From: Alkalilimnicola ehrlichii MLHE-1 | GTDB taxonomy: Bacteria; Pseudomonadota; Gammaproteobacteria; Nitrococcales; Halorhodospiraceae | Length of the DNA stretch: 32,000 bases | Assembly: GCF_000014785.1 (NCBI RefSeq) | Contig: NC_008340.1 | Span: 1,710,001 to 1,742,000, forward strand | Reading direction: 5' to 3' | Shown here: piece after piece, positions 17,819 through 28,842 of the stretch | Layout of the letters: each line of letters opens with the position of its first letter | How positions within the stretch are numbered: position 1 is the stretch's first letter | The notes under the pieces: model-generated | Database searches by the model: none | What the model saw: only the letters and a program-made list of their open reading frames with translations | Told to the model about the DNA's origin: nothing | Made by a program: the position numbers and the translations under genes

Positions 17819-18742
17819 CTAGCGTTCCGCGGCCTCCTCCGCCGTATCCCACCGCAGCAGCAGGAGCGGCAGGTCCACTCGCTCCAACAGGCGCGAGACC
17901 ATCTCCCGATCCGCCTGGGTCTCGTGGGCGTTGCGGGTAATCACCACCGCGCCGGTCTGCTCCTGCAGCAGGGCGCGCAGCAGGCCGTTCTCGTCCGGCG
18001 GGTAGACCACCCGCAGGTGGGCGGACACCCCCTGGTCCTCCAGCCACTCGGCGATCTCGCCGAGCCGCGCATCCGTGACCGGCCCCCCTTCCGGGGGCAG
18101 GACCAGCACGTTGAGGGCCCGGGCGCGGTTACCCACCACGCTCAGGGCCACGCGCAGCGCGGCCTCGGCCTGCTCATCGGCACGCACGATCACGGCGGTG
18201 ATTGGCTGCTCCGGCCAGGTGCCGATGAGCAATGAGCAGGGGGCCAGCCGGACCAATTGCCGCGCGTTGGAGCCCAACGCCCGGGCCTGGCCGCTGGCCC
18301 AGCCGGTACGGCCAATCACCAGCAGGTCATTGTCGCGGACCAGCGACAGGGCCGCGGAGACCACCCGATCGCGGGTGACCTCCAGCTCCAGATGGTGGTG
18401 GTAGTCCCTCGCCACCCGCTTGAGAACGGTGCGGATAAGCTGGGCCCGGTCACGCAGGCGGGCCTCCAGGGTGTCACTGGCCAACGGCCGACAGACCCCG
18501 CTGTAACCGCCCACCTCCCGGGTGAACGGCAGGGCCGCGCTGCGTAACAGGTCGCGGTCCTCCACGTACAGCCCGCGCAGCGCCACCTCGCCCCGGGCAA
18601 ACAGGCCCAGGGCGGCCTGCAGCGCCTCATTGCTGGACAGCGAGGCATCCAGCAACACCAGCGCCTGACGAAAGAGCCGCTGGCGCTCCCGGCCGGGCTG
18701 GCGCCGCTCACTCATCGTCACCCCCACGCGGCGAGGTGTCAC
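17819..18742 (-). CDS. Universal-stress-protein-like protein
   Basis: LFRQALVLLDASLSSNEALQAALGLFA ... DNDLLVIGRTGWASGQARALGSNARQLVRLAPCSLLIGTWPE. A second USP-like half is suggested by TAVIVRADEQAEAALRVAL. The start may be 18715 (MSERRQPG). Confidence 0.65.
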   Translation of the reverse strand: MTPRRVGVTMSERRQPGRERQRLFRQALVLLDASLSSNEALQAALGLFARGEVALRGLYVEDRDLLRSAALPFTREVGGYSGVCRPLASDTLEARLRDRAQLIRTVLKRVARDYHHHLELEVTRDRVVSAALSLVRDNDLLVIGRTGWASGQARALGSNARQLVRLAPCSLLIGTWPEQPITAVIVRADEQAEAALRVALSVVGNRARALNVLVLPPEGGPVTDARLGEIAEWLEDQGVSAHLRVVYPPDENGLLRALLQEQTGAVVITRNAHETQADREMVSRLLERVDLPLLLLRWDTAEEAAER

Positions 18743-21149
18743 CCTCCTCCGTCCGGGGGCCGCCCCCCTCGCCGTTGTCGTCCTGACTCTGCCGGCGCAC
18801 CGATCGGCCGAAGGCCTCCAACCGGTCCGCCACCCGGCGGTTCAAGCTGCCCTCCGGATAGCCCCCCTCGGCGTCCGCCTCGCCCACCGGCAGCCCGGTC
18901 AGCAACTCCAGGGCCTGGTCCACATGGCGGATGGGATAGACATGGAACTGCCCGGCGGCCACCGTCTCGCGCACCTCCCGGCGCAGCATCAGGTGGGGCA
19001 CATTGGCCTCGGGCAGGAGCACGCCCTGCCCGTCCAAGGTCCCGGCCCCGCGGCAGACCTCGAAAAAGCCCTCGATCTTCTCATTGACGCCGCCGACCGC
19101 CTGCACCTCGCCGTGCTGGTTGACCGAGCCGGTCACCGCCAGCGACTGCCTGATCGGCGCCCGGCCGATGGCGGAGACCAGGGCGCAGAGTTCGGCCACC
19201 GAGGCGCTGTCGCCCTCCACCCCGCCGTAGGACTGCTCGAAGGCGAGGCTGGCCGAGAGCGAGAGCGCCCCCTCCCGGGCATAGCGCGTTGCCAGGTAGC
19301 GGGACAGGATCATCACGCCCTTGGAGTGGATGTTGCCGCCCAGTTTGGCCTCGCGTTCGATATCCAGCACTTGGCCGCGGCCGGCCCGGGCCGTGGCCGT
19401 GATACGGGTCGGTCGGCCGAAGGCCTGGTCGCCGAGCTGCAGCACCGACAGGCCGTTGACCTGGGCGATGGCCTCGCCCTCAGTGGCGATCATGACCGTA
19501 CCGCGCTGGATCAGCTCCAGCGTCCGGTCCCGCACCCGCCCGGCCCGGTAGCGCTGCTGCTCGATAGTCCGCTCCACGTGGGCGGCATCGATCGCCCCGG
19601 CCTCGTCGCGGGCCGCCCAGTGGTCGGCCTCCACCAGCAGGTCGCGCAGCATCCGTGCCTGGGCGGTGAGCTTCTCCTGGTCATCGGCCAGCCGGCCGCC
19701 CTGTTCGATGATCAGGGCCACCGCCTCGGCGGTGAGCGGGCGCAGCTTATCCTGGTGCGCCATGGTGGCCAGCATGCGGGCGTAATCCTGCTGGTTCTCG
19801 TCGGTCCGGGGCAGGTCGTCCTCAAAGTCGGCCTGCACCTTGAAGAGATCGAGAAAGTCGGGGTCGTAGGCCGCCAGCAGGTAGTACAGGAACCGGTCGC
19901 CCACCAGCGCCACCTTGAGCTGCAGCGGAATCGGCTCCGGCTCCAGGCTGACGGTGCTGGCCAGGCCGTAGAGCCGCTCCAGCGACTGGATGCGCACGGT
20001 GTGGGCGCTCAGCGCCCGCTTCAGGCTCTCCCACGCCATCGGCTGTTGCAACACCCGCAGGGCATCCAGGATCAGATAACCACCGTTGGCCCGGTGCAGG
20101 GCACCACCCCGGATCAGGGTGAAGTCGGTCATCAGCGCACCCTGGTGCACGTAGTGCTCGATCCGCCCCACCAGGTGCTGGTGCAGCGGCAGGTCCTCGT
20201 ACACCACCGGGGCGCCGGTCTGCGCCGACTGATCGACGATGAGGTTGATGCGGTAGCGCTCCAGCACCGCCTCCATCGCCGAGTGGCGGCCATGCTTGTC
20301 CCCCTGCAGGGCGTCCACGTTCTCGATGATGTCCTTGCGCACTGCCTCCAGGTGGGCGACCACCCCCTCGATATGGCTGTAGGCGTCCTTGAGATTGCGG
20401 ATGGGGGTCCCGGCGGCCACCAGCACCATCTCCTCATTGAGCTCCCGGACCTGCTGGCGCAGCTCACGCTGGATCTGGGGCAACTGCTGGATGGACTGCT
20501 GGAGCTTCTCCTGTAGCTGCTCCACCCGCTGCTCGATGGCGTTGCGCTCCTCCTCGGGCAGTTTCTGGAACTCCTCGGCGCTCAGCACCTCGCCCTCCTT
20601 CTTGGGGGCGAAGGTGAACCCCGAGGGGGTGGTCAGCAGGGCAATGCCCTGCTCCTCGGCCTCGTGTTGGATCTGTTCGATTGCTTCTCGGTGGCGACGA
20701 TTCGCCGCCTGTTGCAGCTCCTGGATCCGGGACTGGTACTCGTCGCTCTCGAAGGTGGCGGGGATGGAGTTGCGCAGCTCATCGGTGAGTTCGTCCACGT
20801 CCCGCTTCAGGCGCCGGCCGGCCCCGGCGGGCAGCGCCAGGGCCCGGGGCTGATCGGGGGCGTCGAAATTGTAGATATAGGCCCAGTCCGACGGCCGCTG
20901 CTGCGCCTCGGCCTTGCGCTCCAGAAAGCGCTGGACCCACTCCCGCTTGCCCGCGCCAGCCGGCCCGAGCACGAAGAGGTTGAAGCCGTCGTTGCGGATG
21001 CCGGTGGCAAAGTCCAACGCCTCCAGCGCCCGCGTCTGCCCACAGGGCAGCTCCAGGCGCTCCAGCTCCTCGGTGGTGCGAAAGCCGAGCTGGTCGGCGC
21101 GGCAGGGGCGGTAGAGTTGGTCGGCGGACAATGGCCGAATGGGGGTCAT
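18708..21149 (-). CDS. Lon-related ATP-dependent protease (AAA_32 / Lon-C family)
   Basis: Walker A-like VLGPAGAGKREWVQRFL, coiled-coil LonB-like insert, proteolytic domain GDSASVAELCALVSAIGRAPIRQSLAVTGSVNQHGEVQAVGGVNEKIEGFFEVCR. Confidence 0.93.
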   Translation of the reverse strand: MTPIRPLSADQLYRPCRADQLGFRTTEELERLELPCGQTRALEALDFATGIRNDGFNLFVLGPAGAGKREWVQRFLERKAEAQQRPSDWAYIYNFDAPDQPRALALPAGAGRRLKRDVDELTDELRNSIPATFESDEYQSRIQELQQAANRRHREAIEQIQHEAEEQGIALLTTPSGFTFAPKKEGEVLSAEEFQKLPEEERNAIEQRVEQLQEKLQQSIQQLPQIQRELRQQVRELNEEMVLVAAGTPIRNLKDAYSHIEGVVAHLEAVRKDIIENVDALQGDKHGRHSAMEAVLERYRINLIVDQSAQTGAPVVYEDLPLHQHLVGRIEHYVHQGALMTDFTLIRGGALHRANGGYLILDALRVLQQPMAWESLKRALSAHTVRIQSLERLYGLASTVSLEPEPIPLQLKVALVGDRFLYYLLAAYDPDFLDLFKVQADFEDDLPRTDENQQDYARMLATMAHQDKLRPLTAEAVALIIEQGGRLADDQEKLTAQARMLRDLLVEADHWAARDEAGAIDAAHVERTIEQQRYRAGRVRDRTLELIQRGTVMIATEGEAIAQVNGLSVLQLGDQAFGRPTRITATARAGRGQVLDIEREAKLGGNIHSKGVMILSRYLATRYAREGALSLSASLAFEQSYGGVEGDSASVAELCALVSAIGRAPIRQSLAVTGSVNQHGEVQAVGGVNEKIEGFFEVCRGAGTLDGQGVLLPEANVPHLMLRREVRETVAAGQFHVYPIRHVDQALELLTGLPVGEADAEGGYPEGSLNRRVADRLEAFGRSVRRQSQDDNGEGGGPRTEEGDTSPRGGDDE

Positions 21150-21292
21150 GTCGTCTCCTTGTTCGCTACGGGCGGCTTACCGTTCCATTGTCACCGGTGC
21201 CGGCGCTTCCCTCCGAGTGTAATCAAAGCGAACGGGTCTGACAGCAGCGGCCGCCGGCGCCGGCCCGGCCGGTCCCGTGGCGGCAGGGCGGG

Positions 21293-22531
21293 TCAACCGC
21301 GGGGACGGCCGCCCTCCCCCTCGCCGGCGTCCGGCGCCTCATCCTCCGACCACGCCTGGTTGCCCTGCTCCAGCCGCTCGATCGCCCCCTGGCCCCGGCG
21401 CGCCAGGGTATCCAGGCGGTCGATCTGTTCATCCAGGCGCGGCAGGGCCTCCTGCCGGTAGCGGGACAGGGCGTCAATGGCGCCCAGCACATCCTCGAAG
21501 GCCGCCTCGAGCTGCTCCATGTCCAGCATGGTGGCCGCGGCGCGCGTCTGGATCTCAGCGCCCTGGCGCCGCAGGGCCTGGGCGGTGCCGGCAATCATGT
21601 CCGAGGTGGTCCGGTTCAGGCCCTCCACCCGGTCCAGCACCAAGCGCTGATTGGCCAACCCCAGCGCCACGGTCACCGCCACATTGAGCGCCGAGACAGT
21701 GACATTGATCGCCCGGTCCACCCCGCGGATCAGTTCCCGGTTGTTGCGGATTACCACCTCCAGCGCCAGTACGCCCTGCTGGCTCACCGCCTGTTGCTGC
21801 TGCAGGTCGACGATACGCTGGCGCAGCGGGAAGAGCAGCTCCTCCTCGATAAAGGCCCGGCGTGGGGCGGTCTCCGGCAGCGCCTCCGCCGCCGCCACCA
21901 GCCGGGCGTCGATCAGCTTGCCCAGCTCGATATGGCTCGCCAGCTCGGCCAGCACCTCCCGCAGCTCGGCCTGATCGTCGGACAGGGTGAGGTTGTCCCG
22001 GCGCAGCATCCGGGCCCCCGTCTCCAGGTCGCGGATAATGGCGTCCAGCGCCTGCTGGGCGGTCTCGAACTGACGGAAGTAGCGCTGCACCTTGGTGCCC
22101 ACGCCCGGAATCCGCGCCAGCAGGCGGTCCAGCAGCCCCGGGGCGAGGTCCCGCCCCCGCGGATCCAGTGCCGACATCTGCTGGCGCAGATCCAGCAGGG
22201 TGCGGGCCACCGGGCCGCCCTCCTCCCCCTGATGCGCGAGTTTACGGATGGGCTCCTGCAGCATGGCGCTGCGCCGCGCCGCCTGGCGCTGCACCTCGAT
22301 CCCCATGTAGTCGATGACCTCGCGCTGGCGAGCGGCGCCGGCCGGGGCGTCCTCATCGGGCAGCGCCTCGAGCAGGTCGCGGACAAAGGTGTCGGCCTGC
22401 CGCGCCAGGTCCTCCCGGTCGGCGGCGGCGGCCTCCTCGGCGCCGCGCTTCACCGACTCGGCGATCTCATCGACCGGCGGCAATGCCAGGTGAAACTCGC
22501 CGCCCTGGGGCGGCTCGGGGGTCTTCGCCAT
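21293..22531 (-). CDS. Toxic anion resistance protein, TelA family
   Basis: VQRQAARRSAMLQEPIRKLAHQGEEGGPVARTLLDLRQQMSALDPR...VTVALGLANQRLVLDRVEGLNRTTSDMIAGTA. Start set at 22531 (MAKTPEPPQ). Confidence 0.9.
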   Translation of the reverse strand: MAKTPEPPQGGEFHLALPPVDEIAESVKRGAEEAAAADREDLARQADTFVRDLLEALPDEDAPAGAARQREVIDYMGIEVQRQAARRSAMLQEPIRKLAHQGEEGGPVARTLLDLRQQMSALDPRGRDLAPGLLDRLLARIPGVGTKVQRYFRQFETAQQALDAIIRDLETGARMLRRDNLTLSDDQAELREVLAELASHIELGKLIDARLVAAAEALPETAPRRAFIEEELLFPLRQRIVDLQQQQAVSQQGVLALEVVIRNNRELIRGVDRAINVTVSALNVAVTVALGLANQRLVLDRVEGLNRTTSDMIAGTAQALRRQGAEIQTRAAATMLDMEQLEAAFEDVLGAIDALSRYRQEALPRLDEQIDRLDTLARRGQGAIERLEQGNQAWSEDEAPDAGEGEGGRPRG

Positions 22532-22547
22532 ATCGGTCTCCCTGGTG

Positions 22548-23483
22548 TCACGGGCTGCGGTTGTAGCGAGTCGCGCGCTCTGCGAAGCGGTGGAGCTCCT
22601 GGAGGGCCGCGTCGGCCGCCCCCGCCGGGGCGGCCTGGCCGGTATCCACCTGCGAGACCGCGACGGCGGCATCGTCCAGGACGGTGAGCACCGCCTCGTT
22701 CGCCGACAGCGCCTCGCCGATGCGTTGCTCGGTGCGCTCGACCAGGGCCAGGCGGCGCTCCAGGGCCCGGCGTTCCGCCGCCGCTAATCCCGATTCCGCC
22801 AGGCGGCGCCTGACATAGGCGGCGTCGATATTGGCCACGCCGGCCACCAACGCCACCACTCGGTTGAGCCGGTCCAGAGCGGCCCGGCTCACCTCCGTCA
22901 CCAGCCCCCGGGCCCGTTGGAAGGCCATCTCTTGCGGGTCGAAGGTGCGCTCCAGCACCCCGAGCACGTGACTGTACCGGGAATAGAGCCGGTCCACCTG
23001 AACGGAGAGATCCTCCCGCCCATGCTGCAACAGTGCCCGCTTAACCGCGCACAGGGCCGTGATGATGTCATCGGCGCCGGCGGGTGGGCGTTCCGGGTCC
23101 AGGGCGCGCAGCCCCTGCTCGCGCCGGCGGCGTTCCGCCGCCTCCCGGGTCTGCCGGTCGGCCGCCTCGGCGGCGCGCACCGCACGCTGCGCCTGGCGCC
23201 GTGCGCGCCAGCGGCGCCAGCGCCGTTCAACGAAGATCGCCACCGGGATCGCCACCAGCCCCGCCCCCCATCCGGCCAAGCTGGGCCCGAACCCGCCCCA
23301 GAGCGAGGTGAGCCAGGCCAACAGGGCGATAAAGGGCGCGGCCAGCCAATAGCGCAGGAAGACCTGCCAGCGCCGGGGTGGGTCTGTGGGCAGGGCCAGG
23401 CGGGGGTTGATCATCCCGGCGATGAACCAAGGCAGGCAGGAGAGCCACAGGCCGTAGGCGAAGCCTTGCAGAAAGGCGAGCAT
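22548..23483 (-). CDS. XpaC-like 5-bromo-4-chloroindolyl phosphate hydrolysis family protein
   Basis: N-terminal hydrophobic helices then basic linker and LRALDPERPPAGADDIITALCAVKRALLQHGREDLSVQVDRLYSRYSHVLGVLERTF; directly upstream of the TelA-family gene. Confidence 0.75.
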   Translation of the reverse strand: MLAFLQGFAYGLWLSCLPWFIAGMINPRLALPTDPPRRWQVFLRYWLAAPFIALLAWLTSLWGGFGPSLAGWGAGLVAIPVAIFVERRWRRWRARRQAQRAVRAAEAADRQTREAAERRRREQGLRALDPERPPAGADDIITALCAVKRALLQHGREDLSVQVDRLYSRYSHVLGVLERTFDPQEMAFQRARGLVTEVSRAALDRLNRVVALVAGVANIDAAYVRRRLAESGLAAAERRALERRLALVERTEQRIGEALSANEAVLTVLDDAAVAVSQVDTGQAAPAGAADAALQELHRFAERATRYNRSP

Positions 23484-23734
23484 TCAGCACCGCCCCCCGG
23501 CCTGTCGGGCGGCGGCGCACAGGCCCCTGACCCGTCCGCACAAGCGGTCGGACGGTGCGGTGCCGATGGCCGTCGGGGCCGCCGCGGGCGCAATGGTGTG
23601 GTCGTGTGCGTCCATGCCCTCCTGCCGCAGGATCGAATCACTGCCGGCAGTATTACCGATACACCCCCGTGACACAAAGGCCACGGGCCGGCCGGGGCCT
23701 CCCTCCCCGGCGCCGCCCCATGGCATGGCGGGCA

Positions 23735-24211
23735 TCAGTTGCGCGGGTCATCCTCGGGGTTGAGATACTCGATCCCCCACGGCCCGGTCCCATGCAACTG
23801 GATGATGGTCTCACCCTCGGCGTAGCCGAACATCGGATCGCCTGGGGCCATGATCGCCACGCTACCCGGCTTCAGCTTATGGGTCTCGTCCGGTACGAAC
23901 TCCTCACCATGGGCAAAGTGCAGCGTCCCGGACAGCACCGTGACCCGTTCGTACTCCGGATGGACGTGGGGCAGGATGCGGTAGCCATCCTCCAGCCGCA
24001 GGCGGAAGGTGAAGGGCTCCTCCTGGGAGATATCGCCCTCAATGAAGGCGATCTCGGCACCCTCGCCCATGGAGCCGACCGGGCCCCATTCCAGCTCATC
24101 CGGCTCAATCATGATGTGGTGCCCGCCGCGGTAGACATCGGCCGCGGCGGTGGCGGCGACCATGCCGGCGGCAACCGCCATACTGGTCAACAGTGTGGTT
24201 GCGCGTTTCAT
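23735..24211 (-). CDS. Secreted cupin-domain protein
   Basis: Signal peptide MKRATTLLTSMAVAAGMVAATAAA; cupin motifs HVHPEYERVTVLSGTLHFAHG and LKPGSVAIMAPGDPMFGYA. Confidence 0.88.
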   Translation of the reverse strand: MKRATTLLTSMAVAAGMVAATAAADVYRGGHHIMIEPDELEWGPVGSMGEGAEIAFIEGDISQEEPFTFRLRLEDGYRILPHVHPEYERVTVLSGTLHFAHGEEFVPDETHKLKPGSVAIMAPGDPMFGYAEGETIIQLHGTGPWGIEYLNPEDDPRN

Positions 24212-24270
24212 GGTGGTGATCTCCTGGAGCCGACCCGTTTTCGGTAGCGGCGAGCCCGTGCCGGCTCCCC

Positions 24271-24984
24271 GTGCGGGCTCGGATACAGGGACGCACGGGG
24301 GCGTGGGATTGTTCCAAGGCCACCGGCGACTACTTCGAGACCCGCCACCGGCGCAAAGACGGCAGTGACATCACGGTGGAGATCACCACCAACGCTGCCT
24401 ACTATAAGGGTGTCAAGCTGATCTTCTGTAACTGCCGTGACATCACCGAGCGTAAGCGGGATCAGGAACGGATCCGGTATCTGGCCACCACGGATGCGCT
24501 GACCGGCATCATGAACCGGGGCGAATTCACCCGCCACCTGACCAAGGAGATCGAGCGCGCCGCGCGGTTCAACCGCCCGGTCGCGGTTGTGATGTACGAC
24601 CTGGACCATTTCAAGCGAGTCAACGACACCTACGGCCACGACGCCGGCGATGAGGTGCTGAAGACCGCGGTGGCACAGGTCAACAACGCCATACGGCGCG
24701 TCGATGTCCACGCCCGCTGGGGCGGCGAGGAGTTCATCCTCCTGTTACCCGAGACCGACCTGGCCGCTGCGGTGAAAAGCGCGGAACGGCTCCGGGCGGC
24801 GATAGCGGAGCATCCGTTCAAACAGCCGGAACGGGTCACGGCCAGCTTCGGAGTGACCACCCTGGGCCCCCGGGATCGGTTTGATGTCCTGATCAAACGC
24901 GCCGACGACGCGCTTTACCTGGCCAAGCACGCCGGTCGCAACCGGGTGGAGGCGCTGTCACCGGAGGCGCCGTCATCGGGCTGA
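24271..24984 (+). CDS. PAS(partial)-GGDEF diguanylate cyclase, likely 5'-truncated
   Basis: Begins inside the second half of a PAS/PAC unit (FETRHRRKDGSDITVEITTNAAYYKGVKLIFCNCRDITERKR), then a complete GGDEF domain (TTDALTGIMNRGEF, YDLDHFKRVNDTYGHDAGDEV, RWGGEEF with RRVD I-site). The GTG start is weakly supported. Confidence 0.8.
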   Translation: MRARIQGRTGAWDCSKATGDYFETRHRRKDGSDITVEITTNAAYYKGVKLIFCNCRDITERKRDQERIRYLATTDALTGIMNRGEFTRHLTKEIERAARFNRPVAVVMYDLDHFKRVNDTYGHDAGDEVLKTAVAQVNNAIRRVDVHARWGGEEFILLLPETDLAAAVKSAERLRAAIAEHPFKQPERVTASFGVTTLGPRDRFDVLIKRADDALYLAKHAGRNRVEALSPEAPSSG

Positions 24985-25013
24985 TCAGGGCCAACGGCCG
25001 GCTTGGCGACTTG

Positions 25014-25050
25014 ATATGCCCTACCTATCAGAGTGGTAGAACAAATAACT
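25014..25050 (+). promoter_or_regulatory. Candidate OxyR binding site upstream of katG
   Basis: atat-N7-ctat-N7-gtag-N7-aact, with spacing exactly as the OxyR consensus ATAG-N7-CTAT-N7-ATAG-N7-CTAT; matches 3/4, 4/4, 3/4 and 2/4. Confidence 0.5.
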
Positions 25051-25129
25051 TTTTTCTATGGTTAGAACTGATGTAAGGTAAGACTCGACGGCGACAATAG
25101 CGTGAAGGGCTGTACAGCCCGGCGCCTGA

Positions 25130-27355
<2,226 letters not shown>

Positions 27356-27421
27356 TAGCGCCCCGGAGTGGCCCGGCTGCCGCAAGGGGCCGGGCCCGCA
27401 CACCGGCCACTGACCTGCAAT

Positions 27422-27461
27422 AACGGCGTTTCAATCGCGATTGAAACGCCGTTTCTTTTTT
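27422..27461 (+). terminator. Rho-independent terminator of katG
   Basis: 32-nt perfect palindrome aacggcgtttcaatcgcgattgaaacgccgtt (27422-27453) followed by tctttttt. Confidence 0.95.
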
Positions 27462-27485
27462 GCCGGCACTGACAGCTCCGACGGA

Positions 27486-27875
27486 TCAGTGCTCGATCTT
27501 CAGCCGCTCCACCGCCTCCGTGAGCACGGCCGGACCGGTGATCACCTCCACCCGGTCTTCAAGAACCTCCACCTCGAAGACCTCGTCAAACAACCCCTTA
27601 TCACCCTCACTCAGCAGAACGCTCCCGGGCTCAATGGCCTCCGTGTGCTCATTGCGCTCCAGTACGACCTGGGCACGCTGTTGCTCCAGATCCAGCAGCT
27701 GGTCGTCCAGGATCCAGGCATTGTCGATGACCACGGCCTTTTCCGTCAGCTCAATCTCTTCCGCCAGCGGGGACAGCCTCACCCCCTGATCATCACCCGC
27801 CAGCAGTGGCGGCGTGGCGGCAAAGGCCAGGGTCGCGAAGCCCACAATGGAGAGGGTATTCCGAATCGCTTTCAT
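27486..27875 (-). CDS. Hypothetical secreted protein
   Basis: MKAIRNTLSIVGFATLAFAATPPLLAGDD signal peptide, acidic mature region; start preceded by aggaggagacccc. Start trimmed from 28079 to 27875. Confidence 0.75.
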   Translation of the reverse strand: MKAIRNTLSIVGFATLAFAATPPLLAGDDQGVRLSPLAEEIELTEKAVVIDNAWILDDQLLDLEQQRAQVVLERNEHTEAIEPGSVLLSEGDKGLFDEVFEVEVLEDRVEVITGPAVLTEAVERLKIEH

Positions 27876-28029
27876 GGGGGTCTCCTCCTGAGAATAAATC
27901 CATGTAAGAACGCTGCTGCCATGCACCGCACACGCGGATTGGTGCCCGCAACAGCCACCCCAGATTAGCAGAATCGCACGCCCTATAAAGCGCCCCGCGA
28001 CCAGCGCACGGGGCACCCAACCGGTGCGC

Positions 28030-28842
28030 TCAGTCGAACAGGCTGCGCACTCCTTCGCGGACCCGATCACGCACCTCACCGCGGGTCTCGCCGGCGGCGT
28101 CGTCGCGCGCGTCCTCGCCGGTACCGCGGATCTGGCGCGTCAGCCAGCCCGGCTCGTCATCGCCCGGGGCCTCGTCCCGACCCTCCTGCCTCTCGGCCAC
28201 CAGGTCCCGGTGGCGAACGTTCGGCGGTAGCGAGAAGGTGTGGTCCGGCAGGCTGTCACCGCTGAAGCCGCTCAGCTCCATGTCGCTGGAGCGCAGCAGC
28301 GTGTATTCCGACATGTCCACGCGGCCGATACCCACCACCTCGGCCTCCTGCTCGATGACCTCGAAGAGCTCGCCAATCCGTTGGAAGGCTTCGCCGATGT
28401 CCCGAAGACGGGCATCGTCCGTGAGCACCACCTCGTCCACGACCTCCCACTCGCCGGCCCAGCTATCGCCCTTCTCCAGGCGGTACCGCGCGCCGGTGAA
28501 ACCGGCCACCCGCACCTGCTCGTCCAACGGCTCCACCCGGACATCCTCGGCCGCGGAGCCCGTTTGCCCGGACAGATCCCGCAGCTGGTCGGCGTCGATG
28601 GCATACCAACCGTCATCGTCCCGGGCCACGACATAGGCCTGCCCGTCCGTGATCATCAGGAACTGACGCTCCGGGCCCGGAATACCGATGCGCAGGTTGT
28701 CCGCATCGCGGTACTCCACGGTGAGCTCGCCATCATCCGTCTGGTAAACGGCGCGGCTGTCGGCCAAAGCCTGGCCGCCGGCGAGCAGCAGCCAGGATGC
28801 GGACAATGTCGCGCCAAGGGTTAAGGTGACTGATCGTTGCAT
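28030..28842 (-). CDS. Hypothetical exported acidic protein
   Basis: Signal peptide MQRSVTLTLGATLSASWLLLAGGQALA; acidic body; charged low-complexity C-terminus RQIRGTGEDARDDAAGETRGEVRDRVREGVRSLFD. Start trimmed from 29169. Confidence 0.75.
   Translation of the reverse strand: MQRSVTLTLGATLSASWLLLAGGQALADSRAVYQTDDGELTVEYRDADNLRIGIPGPERQFLMITDGQAYVVARDDDGWYAIDADQLRDLSGQTGSAAEDVRVEPLDEQVRVAGFTGARYRLEKGDSWAGEWEVVDEVVLTDDARLRDIGEAFQRIGELFEVIEQEAEVVGIGRVDMSEYTLLRSSDMELSGFSGDSLPDHTFSLPPNVRHRDLVAERQEGRDEAPGDDEPGWLTRQIRGTGEDARDDAAGETRGEVRDRVREGVRSLFD

Noticed and set aside
18924-20516. 530-aa plus-strand ORF antisense to the Lon-related protease
   Set aside because: Shadow ORF of a strongly supported gene; no recognisable motifs.
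23640-23651. 12-bp palindrome actgccggcagt upstream of the small ORF before xpaC
   Set aside because: Too short to be significant alone in GC-rich sequence, with no supporting context.
27441-27968. 175-aa plus-strand ORF starting inside the katG terminator
   Set aside because: Begins in the terminator palindrome and is antisense to the secreted protein with a good signal peptide and Shine-Dalgarno.
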